Shown here one piece after another: positions 1 through 9,330 of a stretch of DNA of 64,000 nt. A program made the position numbers and the translations under genes. Positions within the stretch are counted from its first letter, which is position 1. The number at the start of each line of letters is the position of its first letter. Source of the DNA: a virus; IMG/VR virus record IMGVR_UViG_3300045988_071562, positions 18,522 through 82,521 of that record. One strand, 5' to 3'. The notes under the pieces are model-generated. The model did no database searches. It worked only from the letters and a program-made list of their open reading frames with translations, and had not been told where the DNA came from.

Positions 1-575
1 AAATCTTCTTCTGAAAAATAATCTCTCATACTTTCTTTTTTTGTGATTCCGAATTCCTCTCTTAGTTGCTTGGCGTTTTTACCAAATATGGACTTGTAAA
101 TAACGTCCGTATATGTAGAATAGGCATGTCCGTGCATTCTTTCATTTTCAGAAGATTGCTGGATTGCCTTTGTCAATGCCTGTCTTACTGCTATTCCTTT
201 AGCTCGTTCAAGTTCTGCTGCACGCTGCTTTTTAAAAGCAATTTTTAAGGATTGTTCGCAACCAATAAAATAGTTTCTTGCTTGTTCTCCTCTTTCAGAT
301 TTTGATAGCATTGAAAGTTTTTTGGCGAAATGGGCAGTTATCTTATAATCAACAGTTTTATTACCCTCGACATAAATGTCGAACCCCCAATAGTCTTCAT
401 TTTCTACCGCAAATGAATTGTCGATAATATTTGTTTTCGCCCATCTTGAAAATTGTCCCTGTGCAAGTCCTAAAAATGAATATAGTTTTCTTGCAGTAGT
501 CATGCCTTCTTCGTCAATCCCAAGTGCAATCTCAATAGGTGTCTGTTCACTTGTTATCAAAACTTCATTTTCCAT
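1..575 (-). CDS. Phage antirepressor, AntA/AntB-like N-terminal domain plus ORF6C-like region (3' end runs off the window)
   Basis: Truncated by the window edge, so absent from the ORF track. Reverse strand from ATG 575 (GGAGG at 585-589) reads MENEVLITSEQTPIEIALGIDEEGMTTARKLYSFLGLAQGQFSRWAKTNI..DYKITAHFAKKLSMLSKSERGEQARNYFIGCEQ, an AntA-type motif. Later ..ENERMHGHAYSTYTDVIYKSIFGKNAKQLREEFGI resembles ORF6C. Confidence 0.7.
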   Translation of the reverse strand, partial: MENEVLITSEQTPIEIALGIDEEGMTTARKLYSFLGLAQGQFSRWAKTNIIDNSFAVENEDYWGFDIYVEGNKTVDYKITAHFAKKLSMLSKSERGEQARNYFIGCEQSLKIAFKKQRAAELERAKGIAVRQALTKAIQQSSENERMHGHAYSTYTDVIYKSIFGKNAKQLREEFGITKKESMRDYFSEED

Positions 576-600
576 TCTCCATTCCTCCTTATATTGATGG

Positions 601-675
601 ATAAAATAAAAAGAGCCGCCAAGTAAGATAAAAATTCCTCAAAATCGAGAAATATTAATTTCTTCTTAGCGGCTC
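601..675 (-). terminator. Putative terminator after the tape measure gene
   Basis: GAGCCGC (613-619) pairs with GCGGCTC (669-675), with a long imperfect interior. A T-rich run follows on the minus strand (601-612). The loop is long, so this is only moderately convincing. Confidence 0.4.
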
Positions 676-736
676 AAAAATCAAGACCGTGTGTACTTCT
701 TCATTGAAGAAATTATACCACACAATCAGTCAAAAA

Positions 737-3700
737 TCAATATGCCGGGGATGGTTTGAAACGGCTATCCGTATCATTCTGGGCTTTTGTTACTGCTTTT
801 GCAATCTCGCTTCCATCCAGAATAATGCTGTTCATAATGTACTGCGGATTCTTGTTTCCGCTGTTCATACTCATTGCCATTGCAACTCCTTGTGCTACTG
901 CTTTTGCCATTTCTTCTTTTGTAAGTCCCATGCTTCCGTCTGAGCTGGAAACAATGCTGTCTGCGATCTTCTTCATTGTTCGTGGGTTTTCCAGTGGAAG
1001 AACGGCTTCAGAACCAGCTTCACCGATACCGATTACCTGTGCGCCATTAAAAAGACCACCTTTGGCGTACCAATTAGGCTTGTAAACTGGTGTAGAACTG
1101 GTTTTTCCACCTCCAAGATCATGTTTTCTCCACTTTGAAATATAATAAGTCAGAGTCGGTAAATGTACTTGTTTCATGCCATCAGCAAATGATTGAGCAG
1201 TTTCCCGACCAATTGATGTAAGATTAACATTAAATAGCCTTTTAATTTTATCCGAAATCCCAGACAAATTAGATTCTGTGTAGGTTTTCATTTTTCCAGT
1301 TTCCGTGTCAACTTTACCAGAAGCCTTTTCCCAAATCTGGTTTGTATTGATCAGAACGGAAGACCAATAGCTTTGAATAGTGGTCATAACCTTACCCATT
1401 ATATCTTTGGTATCGGTGTCCATGGTTCCGAGAGCTGTCGATACAGCACTTGCAGAATTTCCCCAATTGGTTTTAGAGTTGGTTTCAACATCATCATTCG
1501 TGTTCTTTATCTTTGACCAAATGGAAGGCATTGTGCTTTCTGTTCTTTTTTTCATTCCAGCCATTGCAGTGCTTACGGCAGTATTGGCGAGACCAAAACC
1601 AGTTTTTGTCTTGGATGATACGGATTCGGATGCTGTTGCAACTGATTTGCTCATTGTTGATGAAGCTTTCGGAACATCTTCTGAAAAAGCTTTTATAACT
1701 TTTCTTGTGTCAATTCCCATCTCTGCCATTTTATCCATCAATGCTTGGAATGCGGCTCTAGCTGTTGCACCAGATAATTCTTGCTGTTGAAGGACAGTAC
1801 TTAATTCATCAAACTGCGTTGGAGTGATTACTGCTTGATATGAAAGTCTTTCCAGTGCAGATTTCGCATTATCAAACTCAGTTCCCATTGTTCCAATGTA
1901 TTCATTAATATTTCCGATATGGGAATTTGTAGAGGTATCGGATTCCTCCATTGCCTGTTTTAATGCTTGCTTAAATGTATCGGAAGAAATTCCAAGATTT
2001 TCAAGTGATGTTTCTACAGTTTGGAGCTGTCCATCAAAATCAAATGCATTGTCTTTCACATTTTTCAAATCGCCACCAAGCCCAATAAATTTATCCCCAG
2101 AAACTCCAGTTTGGTCTTCAAGTATTTTCAAGGCTTTTCTGACAACTTCAAAATCGTTGAATGCGTCCGCTGTGGAATCTTTAAAGTCCATAGCTTTTTT
2201 TACTTGTCCAAGTCCTTCCATGACAAATGCGGTTGCGCCCAAATTGGTTGCGTATCCCCAAAATCCTTGGAATTGTCCACCAGCTGTTTGTGCGACGTCA
2301 CCAAGATTTTTTATCTTTTCAGCAAGGGTAGTAAATCCTCCATTTCCTGCGGATTCTGCCGCATCCCCTAAATCTTTTATTGCTTCTTTTGCTCCACTCG
2401 TGCCATCTCCAAGGACATCTGCTAATTTTTCAGCAATGAGATCAGCATTTTCTTTGGCAATAATTTTTCCGCCAATGTGATCAATAAGGTTCCATGCAAG
2501 TTCTCCAATTCCGCTTACTTTAAGAACATTTACGACAAGAAAGGCTTTTCCAAGAATATCAACAAGACTTCCAACAAGCGGATGGTCTTCTTTTATTCCA
2601 TCCACCAATCCGTTAAAGGCACTTGATAAACCACCAAGAATCAAATCAGCCGCAGTACTAAGTATTTCGCCCCAAGGCAACTCTCCTAAGAATGTTCCAA
2701 CGCCTTGTCCAAACTCATAGAAAGTGTCTTTTGTAAGCGTATTTTTCAACGCCGTACACAGGTGAGATATGAAATCTCCAAGTGCTTGTCCATTTTCTTT
2801 CCAGTTTGTTTTTTTCAAGAAAGTAGAAATTCCCTCTGTGATATTATTAGTAAGTTCATCCCAGTTTACAGTTTTGGTAAACGCAGCCAAGCTTCTAAAC
2901 GCTCCATTTAAAATTCCAGATAAAGAATCTGCAATATCCTTCATGGAAATTTTGGACACAGCGCCATTTAAAGCTTTTCCAAGTGAACTACCAAGCTTAT
3001 CCCAACCAGTTACACCAGCGCCGTCCTCTTCTGACATACGTTTTACAAATCCAGATAGAATTTTCCAGGAAATCATAAACTTATTTCCAAGCAATTCACC
3101 CAGATTAGTCCAGTTGATTTCATCCAGTGCGCCGATTAACCCATCACCAATATTTCTGCCGATTAATCCAAAATCAATACCGCCATCACCAATAAGCTGA
3201 TTAAGAGTATTTACAGCTGTGTTGATTCCCGTCCCGATAGTTCTTCCAAGCAAGTCAAAATCAAGTCTGGTATTTAATGAATTGAATGCTCTTGTAAATG
3301 CGTCTGTAAACTCAGTTATTTTCGGGGCAACATTTTTCCAGTTAATAACCTCATACACCTTGCTCATTCCGAGATTAAGCATATCGGCAATAGTAGTTCC
3401 TACACCCTCCCAGTCTTTCGCCAGGAATGCTTTTCTAATTTTGGAAGCCCATTTGTTAATAGGTGTTTCATCGACAGTCAAAACTTCGTCCAAGGAATCT
3501 TGTATTCCTGCAAAGCTATCAGCCAAATCGCCAAGTCCAGAACCAAGGCTTTTAGATGCAGTCCCGGAATCGTTTGAGTTATCAGCAAGCTGATTTAATT
3601 GGTCGAATGGTAATACAGAAAGTGCCTTTTTCAGCTTCTTTGCAGATGATGTAGCGTCATCCAATCCAGAAGAAGCATCATCCACAGCCGTTTCAATTCC

Positions 3701-5635
3701 ACCCAGATCAGATACAACATCACTAACACCAGTCTGTGAACCTTTAAGCTTCTTTCCCATCAATACATACATGAAGTTACGGAACACATTCGCAGCTTGC
3801 ATAAGCTTTGCCATGAGAGCGTTAAGTGCTTGAATAGCAGGAAGAATACCAGCAATCAAACCTTGCCCGATTACTGCGGAAAGCGACTGGAAATTCAGAG
3901 TGAGTAAACGAACCTGGTTTGCCCAGGTGCCGCTTGTCCTGGCGAAATCCCCTTGCACATCTCCTGTAACTGACATTAAATAGTTGTATCGAAGAGCAAC
4001 TTTTTCAGCTTGGGACATTGCGTTATAAGATGTTGTAATTCCCCTTGAAAGGGCATAAGCCTCCATATTTGCAACGGATAAATTAATACCCAATTGTCTT
4101 AAAGGCTCAATTTCCCCGGAAATTCCAGCGCGTATTTTCTGAAAAGCAGTATCGGTATCAATGTTGTAAAATGATGCAATATCCCCGGCTAATCCAGCAA
4201 GAGAAATTGACATTTTAGAAGCTGCATCTTGCGCAACACCAGATGATTTCATCATTGCCATCATGGTTCCAGAATATTGCTTTGCTGCCAATTCGGATAA
4301 TCCAAATTGTTCTTTTGCCGTAGAAGCAAATTTATAAGCTTTATCAGACATGCTGCCAAACGCAACATCTACAACGTTTTCAACCTCTGTAATTTGAGAG
4401 CCTAAATCAACTGCGCTTCTTCCAAAGTCAACAATACCTTGGATTGCCTTAAATCCAATTGCAGTTTTAAAGAGTGCGCTCAGATTAAAGGATGCAGTTT
4501 TCAGTCCAGAGCTACCGCTTCCAAGACGCTGAAACCCACCAATGATAGTTTTTATGCCACCACCAATTTTAGAAGCAGTTTTACTTACAAGATTTCCAAG
4601 ACTCAATGTACCAGATGATAACTTAGAAAAAGCACTGGATATGGAATTTGTTGCAGTATTCACCTTGCCGCCAGCACTTGCCAACTGCGCCAGTGCTTCC
4701 GTCATGCGGATGGTATTCTCACTGATTTTTGGAGCATTTTCCATTACTTTGAAAAACTTCTTTGTTTCTTGCGCCAGATTTTGCAATTGTCCAGCGGTCT
4801 GGCTAGTCTTGTTTCCAGCACTTGCCAGTCTTCCGATGGATTGTACAAATAAATTAGTTGGTTCAGAAACATCACCAACTCTGGATAGTGTTTTTATTAC
4901 GGATTTTAATTGTTTTCCAAGCCCAGGAAGCGCAGCTTCCACCTGTCTTGCCTTATCACCAGCATTTACAAGTTTTTGCAAAGAAGAAACAAAACGGTTG
5001 GTGCTGGAAGATACATCTGGGAGATCAGAAAAGCTTTTCATGGAATTTGCAATTTTATCCAAAGTGGTTGTGTCAAAATTATCCGTTTTGACTTCCATTA
5101 GCCTTTTGACTGCATTAATTCCTTGGATTACTTTTGAACCACTAAAATCAACAGTATTAAGAACAGACATAGAGTGTGCCACTTTCTGTATACTGTTAAT
5201 TGTTTGCTGTGCATTTGAAGAATCAACTTTTCCAAGCTTTTCAATAGCTTTTGTTACTGAATTAATATTTTTAGCATCTATTTTGGGTACAGAAATATTC
5301 TGTAAACCGCTGATAGACAATAAACCAGACGCAAAATCTTTAAGTGATTTCCCACTTCCATCCAATGCTGAAAAATTTACACGTGATATGCTGGTGAGTT
5401 GCTTTGTAAGACCACCAAGATTAGGTAAGGAAACTCTAACACCATTTAATGTTTTTATGGATGCAGATACTCTTCCTATTTCTCTGGCATAATGGCGCAA
5501 TCCACCTGTATTCAGATTCTTAAATGAACTGTTTACGTTCAAAAGTTTTCTTGATAAGTTCTCAAGTGACCGAACAGCTTTTGCCGTACTACTTCTAACC
5601 TGTAAATCAAGGGTATCAATGGTGTTATCCGCCAT
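737..5635 (-). CDS. Tail tape measure protein (TP901-type core)
   Basis: 1632 aa. Start moved to ATG 5635 (MADNTIDTL) behind GGAGGG at 5645-5650. The core ..FGLSELAAKQYSGTMMAMMKSSGV..DIASFYNIDTDTAFQKIRAGISGEIEPLRQLGINLS.. is the tape-measure signature. It lies directly after the chaperone pair. Confidence 0.9.
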   Translation of the reverse strand: MADNTIDTLDLQVRSSTAKAVRSLENLSRKLLNVNSSFKNLNTGGLRHYAREIGRVSASIKTLNGVRVSLPNLGGLTKQLTSISRVNFSALDGSGKSLKDFASGLLSISGLQNISVPKIDAKNINSVTKAIEKLGKVDSSNAQQTINSIQKVAHSMSVLNTVDFSGSKVIQGINAVKRLMEVKTDNFDTTTLDKIANSMKSFSDLPDVSSSTNRFVSSLQKLVNAGDKARQVEAALPGLGKQLKSVIKTLSRVGDVSEPTNLFVQSIGRLASAGNKTSQTAGQLQNLAQETKKFFKVMENAPKISENTIRMTEALAQLASAGGKVNTATNSISSAFSKLSSGTLSLGNLVSKTASKIGGGIKTIIGGFQRLGSGSSGLKTASFNLSALFKTAIGFKAIQGIVDFGRSAVDLGSQITEVENVVDVAFGSMSDKAYKFASTAKEQFGLSELAAKQYSGTMMAMMKSSGVAQDAASKMSISLAGLAGDIASFYNIDTDTAFQKIRAGISGEIEPLRQLGINLSVANMEAYALSRGITTSYNAMSQAEKVALRYNYLMSVTGDVQGDFARTSGTWANQVRLLTLNFQSLSAVIGQGLIAGILPAIQALNALMAKLMQAANVFRNFMYVLMGKKLKGSQTGVSDVVSDLGGIETAVDDASSGLDDATSSAKKLKKALSVLPFDQLNQLADNSNDSGTASKSLGSGLGDLADSFAGIQDSLDEVLTVDETPINKWASKIRKAFLAKDWEGVGTTIADMLNLGMSKVYEVINWKNVAPKITEFTDAFTRAFNSLNTRLDFDLLGRTIGTGINTAVNTLNQLIGDGGIDFGLIGRNIGDGLIGALDEINWTNLGELLGNKFMISWKILSGFVKRMSEEDGAGVTGWDKLGSSLGKALNGAVSKISMKDIADSLSGILNGAFRSLAAFTKTVNWDELTNNITEGISTFLKKTNWKENGQALGDFISHLCTALKNTLTKDTFYEFGQGVGTFLGELPWGEILSTAADLILGGLSSAFNGLVDGIKEDHPLVGSLVDILGKAFLVVNVLKVSGIGELAWNLIDHIGGKIIAKENADLIAEKLADVLGDGTSGAKEAIKDLGDAAESAGNGGFTTLAEKIKNLGDVAQTAGGQFQGFWGYATNLGATAFVMEGLGQVKKAMDFKDSTADAFNDFEVVRKALKILEDQTGVSGDKFIGLGGDLKNVKDNAFDFDGQLQTVETSLENLGISSDTFKQALKQAMEESDTSTNSHIGNINEYIGTMGTEFDNAKSALERLSYQAVITPTQFDELSTVLQQQELSGATARAAFQALMDKMAEMGIDTRKVIKAFSEDVPKASSTMSKSVATASESVSSKTKTGFGLANTAVSTAMAGMKKRTESTMPSIWSKIKNTNDDVETNSKTNWGNSASAVSTALGTMDTDTKDIMGKVMTTIQSYWSSVLINTNQIWEKASGKVDTETGKMKTYTESNLSGISDKIKRLFNVNLTSIGRETAQSFADGMKQVHLPTLTYYISKWRKHDLGGGKTSSTPVYKPNWYAKGGLFNGAQVIGIGEAGSEAVLPLENPRTMKKIADSIVSSSDGSMGLTKEEMAKAVAQGVAMAMSMNSGNKNPQYIMNSIILDGSEIAKAVTKAQNDTDSRFKPSPAY

Positions 5636-5682
5636 TTTCAATTTCCCTCCTTTTTGCATAAAAAAATAAAGGGCAGACAAGA

Positions 5683-6098
5683 CTAATCATCCTGCCTGCC
5701 CTCTTCGTTACCTATCTCGTCAAGTTTCGCATTTGCTTGTTTTACAAGAAGCTCAAAGTATCTTTCTTCTTGCTTTAATTCCTCTTCTGTTTTTTCATCA
5801 TAAATCTTTTCTGGAAGCAATTCTTTTTTATCATCACTTCCAAATGGCTTTTTGGGGTATGAAACCTTGGAAGAAAGTGCACTTGCTATAGCAATTTGAA
5901 CATACGCACCAGAAACCCAGGATTGATAATCAATCAATTTGCTCTTCTGATTAATTTCATCTTCTTTTTGGTTTCTCCAAGCTTTTAATCGAAGTTGAAA
6001 CTCTTTTATGGTGCAATGCAAAAAATCACGTTTACTCATGCCAATTCTTACAGCTTCTGGATAAAGTTCACCCCAAATTACTTCTCGGTAGCTTTTTT
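5683..6098 (-). CDS. gpT-like -1 frame extension of the tail assembly chaperone (expressed as a G-T fusion spanning 5683..6548)
   Basis: The frame of ORF 5683..6039 is -1 relative to 6078..6548. I read it open upstream to at least about 6180. It overlaps the slippery run at 6093-6098. Its position between the major tail and tape measure genes is canonical. Confidence 0.65.
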
Positions 6099-6548
6099 CT
6101 GCGGATTTACTGATTTCTTCTTTGTTTTGGAACTCTTGAACACTTCGTCCAGAAATGTCCCGATTCCGGTCAGATTGAAAAAATCATCTTCCTCCATCTG
6201 TTCAATGCAAAGTTCAAGAACTCCGTAGAAATTTCCAGTTTCATCACCAGAATGTTCGCGAAGATAACTTGCAAGAAGTCTTTTAGCTGCCGCAATGTTC
6301 GGAACTTTCCCATCTCCATCTGGATGATCTCCGTGATGTTCCATGAGTCCGGCATAAAATACTGTAAGTGTAGTCTGTGGAATATTGGAAACTCCGGCTA
6401 TAATTTTAGAAACATCTTTTTCATCAGATGCCAGTGCGAGTGAAGAAAATAATTCAGCTGTTCCCTTAACACAATCAGCATATAGAGATGCCTCAATTGT
6501 GTATTCTAGTTTATAGTCATTTCCGCCAATAGTTAATGTTTTATACAT
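6078..6548 (-). CDS. Tail assembly chaperone (gpG-like)
   Basis: 156-aa acidic ORF between the major tail protein and tape measure genes. It ends ..KKKSVNPQKKATEK just after the slippery site. Confidence 0.75.
   Translation of the reverse strand: MYKTLTIGGNDYKLEYTIEASLYADCVKGTAELFSSLALASDEKDVSKIIAGVSNIPQTTLTVFYAGLMEHHGDHPDGDGKVPNIAAAKRLLASYLREHSGDETGNFYGVLELCIEQMEEDDFFNLTGIGTFLDEVFKSSKTKKKSVNPQKKATEK
6092..6099 (-). promoter_or_regulatory. -1 programmed ribosomal frameshift site G_AAA_AAA_G
   Basis: Minus strand reads cag aaa aaa gct in the G frame (T6 on the plus strand at 6093-6098). A -1 slip gives ..PQKK|SYREVIWGELYPEAVRIGMSKRDF.. in the T frame. Confidence 0.6.
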
Positions 6549-6569
6549 GGCCTATCCTCCCAATAATAA

Positions 6570-7061
6570 TTACTCTTCCTCTGTTGGCTTGATCGCGGTA
6601 TCAGCACCAACATACTCATTGATAGTCAGAGACATGGAAACTGTAAGAAGTCCGTTCTGGTCTCTGGCTGGTTTTGGAATCTTTGTTGGTGGCTCAATTT
6701 TGGTAAAAAATGCCTTTTGAAGAGAAGGGAAATACTCTTCATACCACATTGATAAGCCAGATGCCTTTCCAGTTTTGTATGCAGCAATAAGTTTTTCCCA
6801 CTCATCAATTGTTTCGTCTGTAACGTTTACTGTTACATTGAATGTTCCACCTGTAGAACCACGTCCAGCAATTGTTCTTTCAATTTCGTCTTCCAGTGCA
6901 GACGCATCAATCGTCTCTACATCAATGGTAATTTCGTCAGAAGCGTTGATTCTGTGAAGCATTATAAATTTTGTAGGCTTAGTACCAGCCACTGTTTCAA
7001 CGGCATATCCAGTAAGAGAACCAACTGTAGATACACCAGCAATATTGCCTTTTTCTGCCAT
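6570..7061 (-). CDS. Major tail protein
   Basis: Start moved to ATG 7061 (MAEKGNIAGV) behind GGAG. It is a 163-aa beta-rich protein immediately upstream of the G/T chaperones. Confidence 0.7.
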   Translation of the reverse strand: MAEKGNIAGVSTVGSLTGYAVETVAGTKPTKFIMLHRINASDEITIDVETIDASALEDEIERTIAGRGSTGGTFNVTVNVTDETIDEWEKLIAAYKTGKASGLSMWYEEYFPSLQKAFFTKIEPPTKIPKPARDQNGLLTVSMSLTINEYVGADTAIKPTEEE

Positions 7062-7156
7062 TTCTATATCTCCTTTTCTTTCTATCAAACTATAAACTGG
7101 CTCTATGACTCTCTTGCACGTAACCCTGTGCCGGGAGATAGCGGATCACCGCCTTT

Positions 7157-7450
7157 CTACTCTTTTTTTCCTGATTGCTTAATAAGTTGATTCACATAAT
7201 TACTTAATCCGGCAACGATAACACCTTGTGTAATTGCGGTAAACAGTGCCATTGCAGCTTCTTGTGAACCGGAAACTGTAGATGTTGCAAAAACATAAAG
7301 ACCGCAAATTAATACACCAAGAATTCCTAAAATCATTGGAATAAATTTGTCAGAAATATTCTCTGACTTTTTAATCATTTCTCCGATAAAATAAAGAAAT
7401 ACAACGACAATAAGTAATTCTGGCTTTACATAACTTAAAATCTGATCCAT
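7157..7450 (-). CDS. Holin-like small membrane protein
   Basis: 97 aa with three hydrophobic segments: LLIVVVFLYFIG, FIPMILGILGVLICGLYVF, ALFTAITQGVIVAGL. It has a charged KQSGKKE tail and a GAGGTGAG SD. Resembles Firmicute phage holins. Confidence 0.5.
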   Translation of the reverse strand: MDQILSYVKPELLIVVVFLYFIGEMIKKSENISDKFIPMILGILGVLICGLYVFATSTVSGSQEAAMALFTAITQGVIVAGLSNYVNQLIKQSGKKE

Positions 7451-7508
7451 AATCTCACCTCGCTTTCGTTTTTGGAATAAAAAAAGAACGTCTATGCGTT
7501 CATTTGGT

Positions 7509-7910
7509 TTAAAGTAATTTTCCTGTATATATCCGGCTGTATCGACTCACAAGCTTTTTGATTCCACTGTCGCCAAAAAACATAGGTTCCGGTCCGTATG
7601 TACGGCGGAATCCCATGCTCACCATAGTTTTGTGACTTATCTTGTCCAATTCATACAATCTGGTTAATGCTTTGCTCCCAGATGTGAAGCAATTTACTTG
7701 AAATGATGGTATTGTTGCACATTCATCTCCTTCAAGGTCACCTCTCGTAATTGGATTTCCAAGCATATAAAGCTGTGCATATGCTTTTTTGTCAGAAGCA
7801 TTTGTTTCGCTCCCGTCCATGGAATAATTGTCTGCGCCAGTAATCTTAGAAACAGCCTCTCCCCATTTTGAAAAAACTTCCAGTACAGGGGATTCTATTG
7901 TGTCTGGCAT
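7509..7910 (-). CDS. Tail completion / tail terminator-like protein (position-based)
   Basis: ORF track 7509..7964. Start moved to ATG 7910 (MPDTIESPV) behind GAGGTGA. It is the last neck-type gene before the major tail gene. Confidence 0.45.
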   Translation of the reverse strand: MPDTIESPVLEVFSKWGEAVSKITGADNYSMDGSETNASDKKAYAQLYMLGNPITRGDLEGDECATIPSFQVNCFTSGSKALTRLYELDKISHKTMVSMGFRRTYGPEPMFFGDSGIKKLVSRYSRIYTGKLL

Positions 7911-7925
7911 ATCTGTCACCTCACA

Positions 7926-7960
7926 ATAAAAAATGCGCCCACCTTTATGGTGAACGCATT
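7926..7960 (-). terminator. Intrinsic terminator or attenuator inside the neck operon
   Basis: Stem AATGCGCCCACC / GGTGAACGCATT (7932-7960, 10 of 12 bp paired, 5-nt loop), followed on the minus strand by T6 (A-run 7928-7933 on plus). Confidence 0.5.
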
Positions 7961-8007
7961 GCATGTTATGCTACAATTTAACACTGTAATCATAACATAA
8001 TTGGTTA

Positions 8008-8032
8008 GTATCATTCAGTATATTATGGTATC
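8008..8032 (-). repeat. Conserved 25-nt element, copy 1 (minus strand GATACCATAATATACTGAATGATAC)
   Basis: 24 of 25 nt identical to 19599-19623. Both copies sit at or just after a stop codon and upstream of a late gene. Confidence 0.7.
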
Positions 8033-8036
8033 TTCT

Positions 8037-8549
8037 TTAAGAAGAGAATACCTCTTTGGCAATTTTGCGAACAGCAATAATAACGGCTTGTTCTGCGTGA
8101 TACATAGGCATGTACGCTCTATTTCCATATGAATGGCGTGTTTCTCCACTTCTTTCGTCCGTATACCACCATCCATAAGGTGAAAATGCATGGGTTTGTC
8201 CGGGGTATGTACCTACTCCGTATTCAGAACCAGAGGGCAGAGGGTAATTGTTTGAACCATATGTGATACCAGCTGAAAATTCAATGAACAACACTTTTTC
8301 ACCAGATAGTCTAACAGAAGCCCCGACGATATTTCCGTTTTGATCATTAATGATTTCTGTATAGTAAGAGCCTTTTTCTTCATCCGGGATTGACTCCATG
8401 GTCGTTTGAATAACATCCAACCCGATTTCAGACAATCGTTTTACAAAAATCTCATTTTTCCTCTGTAGTTCATTTTGGTAAGCTTTTAATTTTTTGAGGG
8501 CATTTTGAATAGATTTCGTTGATAAGTCGCATTTTATTGTCTTACCCAT
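8037..8549 (-). CDS. Neck/tail component, HK97 gp10-like (tentative)
   Basis: Start moved to ATG 8549 (MGKTIKCDLSTKSIQNALKKLKAYQNEL). Its size and position in the head-tail joining block support the call. Confidence 0.45.
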   Translation of the reverse strand: MGKTIKCDLSTKSIQNALKKLKAYQNELQRKNEIFVKRLSEIGLDVIQTTMESIPDEEKGSYYTEIINDQNGNIVGASVRLSGEKVLFIEFSAGITYGSNNYPLPSGSEYGVGTYPGQTHAFSPYGWWYTDERSGETRHSYGNRAYMPMYHAEQAVIIAVRKIAKEVFSS

Positions 8550-8934
8550 CCTCGTTTCCTCTCTTAGAAATTCCGTATCTGGCAATATTGCCCTTTTGTG
8601 TGTCTAAAATCTTCTTTAGCATGTAGTCTGGCAATGCTGCAGGCTCTCCATTTTCGTCCAAAATAAGGCTTCCATCCTCGCTTATTTGTGGGATTCTGTC
8701 TATCCAAAATATATCTGCTTCCTGTGGGTGAAAATTTCGATTAAAGCTTGTAATATACCTGTCATAATCTGGCACTATTCCGGCTGCGATTTCTTCCGGT
8801 GTTCCGGCTGTAGATGATACGGAAAAAGAGTACAAAGCTGGTTTCTCATAAACTTTAATGCGGTCTAATCCTTCTGTTTTTTCGGATATTCGTGACCAGT
8901 ATACCTTTTGCTTTTGACGGACTAATCCTCTCAT
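8542..8934 (-). CDS. Head closure / head-tail adaptor-like protein (position-based)
   Basis: 130-aa ORF with a GGAGGAA SD. It overlaps the next gene by 8 nt. Confidence 0.45.
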   Translation of the reverse strand: MRGLVRQKQKVYWSRISEKTEGLDRIKVYEKPALYSFSVSSTAGTPEEIAAGIVPDYDRYITSFNRNFHPQEADIFWIDRIPQISEDGSLILDENGEPAALPDYMLKKILDTQKGNIARYGISKRGNEDG

Positions 8935-8984
8935 ATTTCCTCCTTCTTAAATTTGATTGATTAACTAAAACTTCTTTTAGTTAA

Positions 8985-9161
8985 TTACTTACCATCTGGA
9001 TATTCCTCTTTATACAGCATTTCATATTCTTCCACAGGAAGTTTTCCTTTTTTCACATACTCAATACCATATTCTCTTACTTTATCCTGATATTTCTCAG
9101 GAATTGCATCATATGTAATAGTTCCTACAATCAATCTGTTAAAAAATACTTTTGCCATCAT
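8985..9161 (-). CDS. Small conserved phage protein (CD1375-like)
   Basis: Start moved to ATG 9161/9158 behind GGAG. MAKVFFNRLIVGTITYDAIPEKYQDKV resembles the CD1375-type mini-protein of clostridial phages. Confidence 0.4.
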   Translation of the reverse strand: MMAKVFFNRLIVGTITYDAIPEKYQDKVREYGIEYVKKGKLPVEEYEMLYKEEYPDGK

Positions 9162-9177
9162 TTTATTTCTCCTTTTC

Positions 9178-9330
9178 TTATTCAGCATTTCCAAGTGTTT
9201 CAAGCAGTTCGCAGACAGCAATCTCAAGGTCATTGATACGTTCTTCATTGCTTACCACCGTTTCTTTTTTCTCAAAGTCTGATTCAACCAGACCAAGTTT
9301 CTCAATCATTTTCTTCTGCATTTCAGTCAT
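9178..9330 (-). CDS. Hypothetical 50-aa protein
   Basis: Below the ORF-track cutoff. ATG 9330 overlaps the fibre gene stop (ATGA) and follows GGAGGTGG. Reads MTEMQKKMIEKLGLVESDFEKKETVVSNEERINDLEIAVCELLETLGNAE. Confidence 0.4.
   Translation of the reverse strand: MTEMQKKMIEKLGLVESDFEKKETVVSNEERINDLEIAVCELLETLGNAE

Noticed and set aside
756-5492. Many plus-strand ORFs (for example 1896-2480, 2769-3200 and 4542-5492) lie antisense to the tape measure gene. Similar antisense ORFs lie inside the portal, TerL, capsid, SbcC-like and other genes.
   Set aside because: They have low-complexity Ser/Phe/Leu-rich translations and no SD. They are fully nested antisense to long, well-supported genes. They are typical shadow ORFs.
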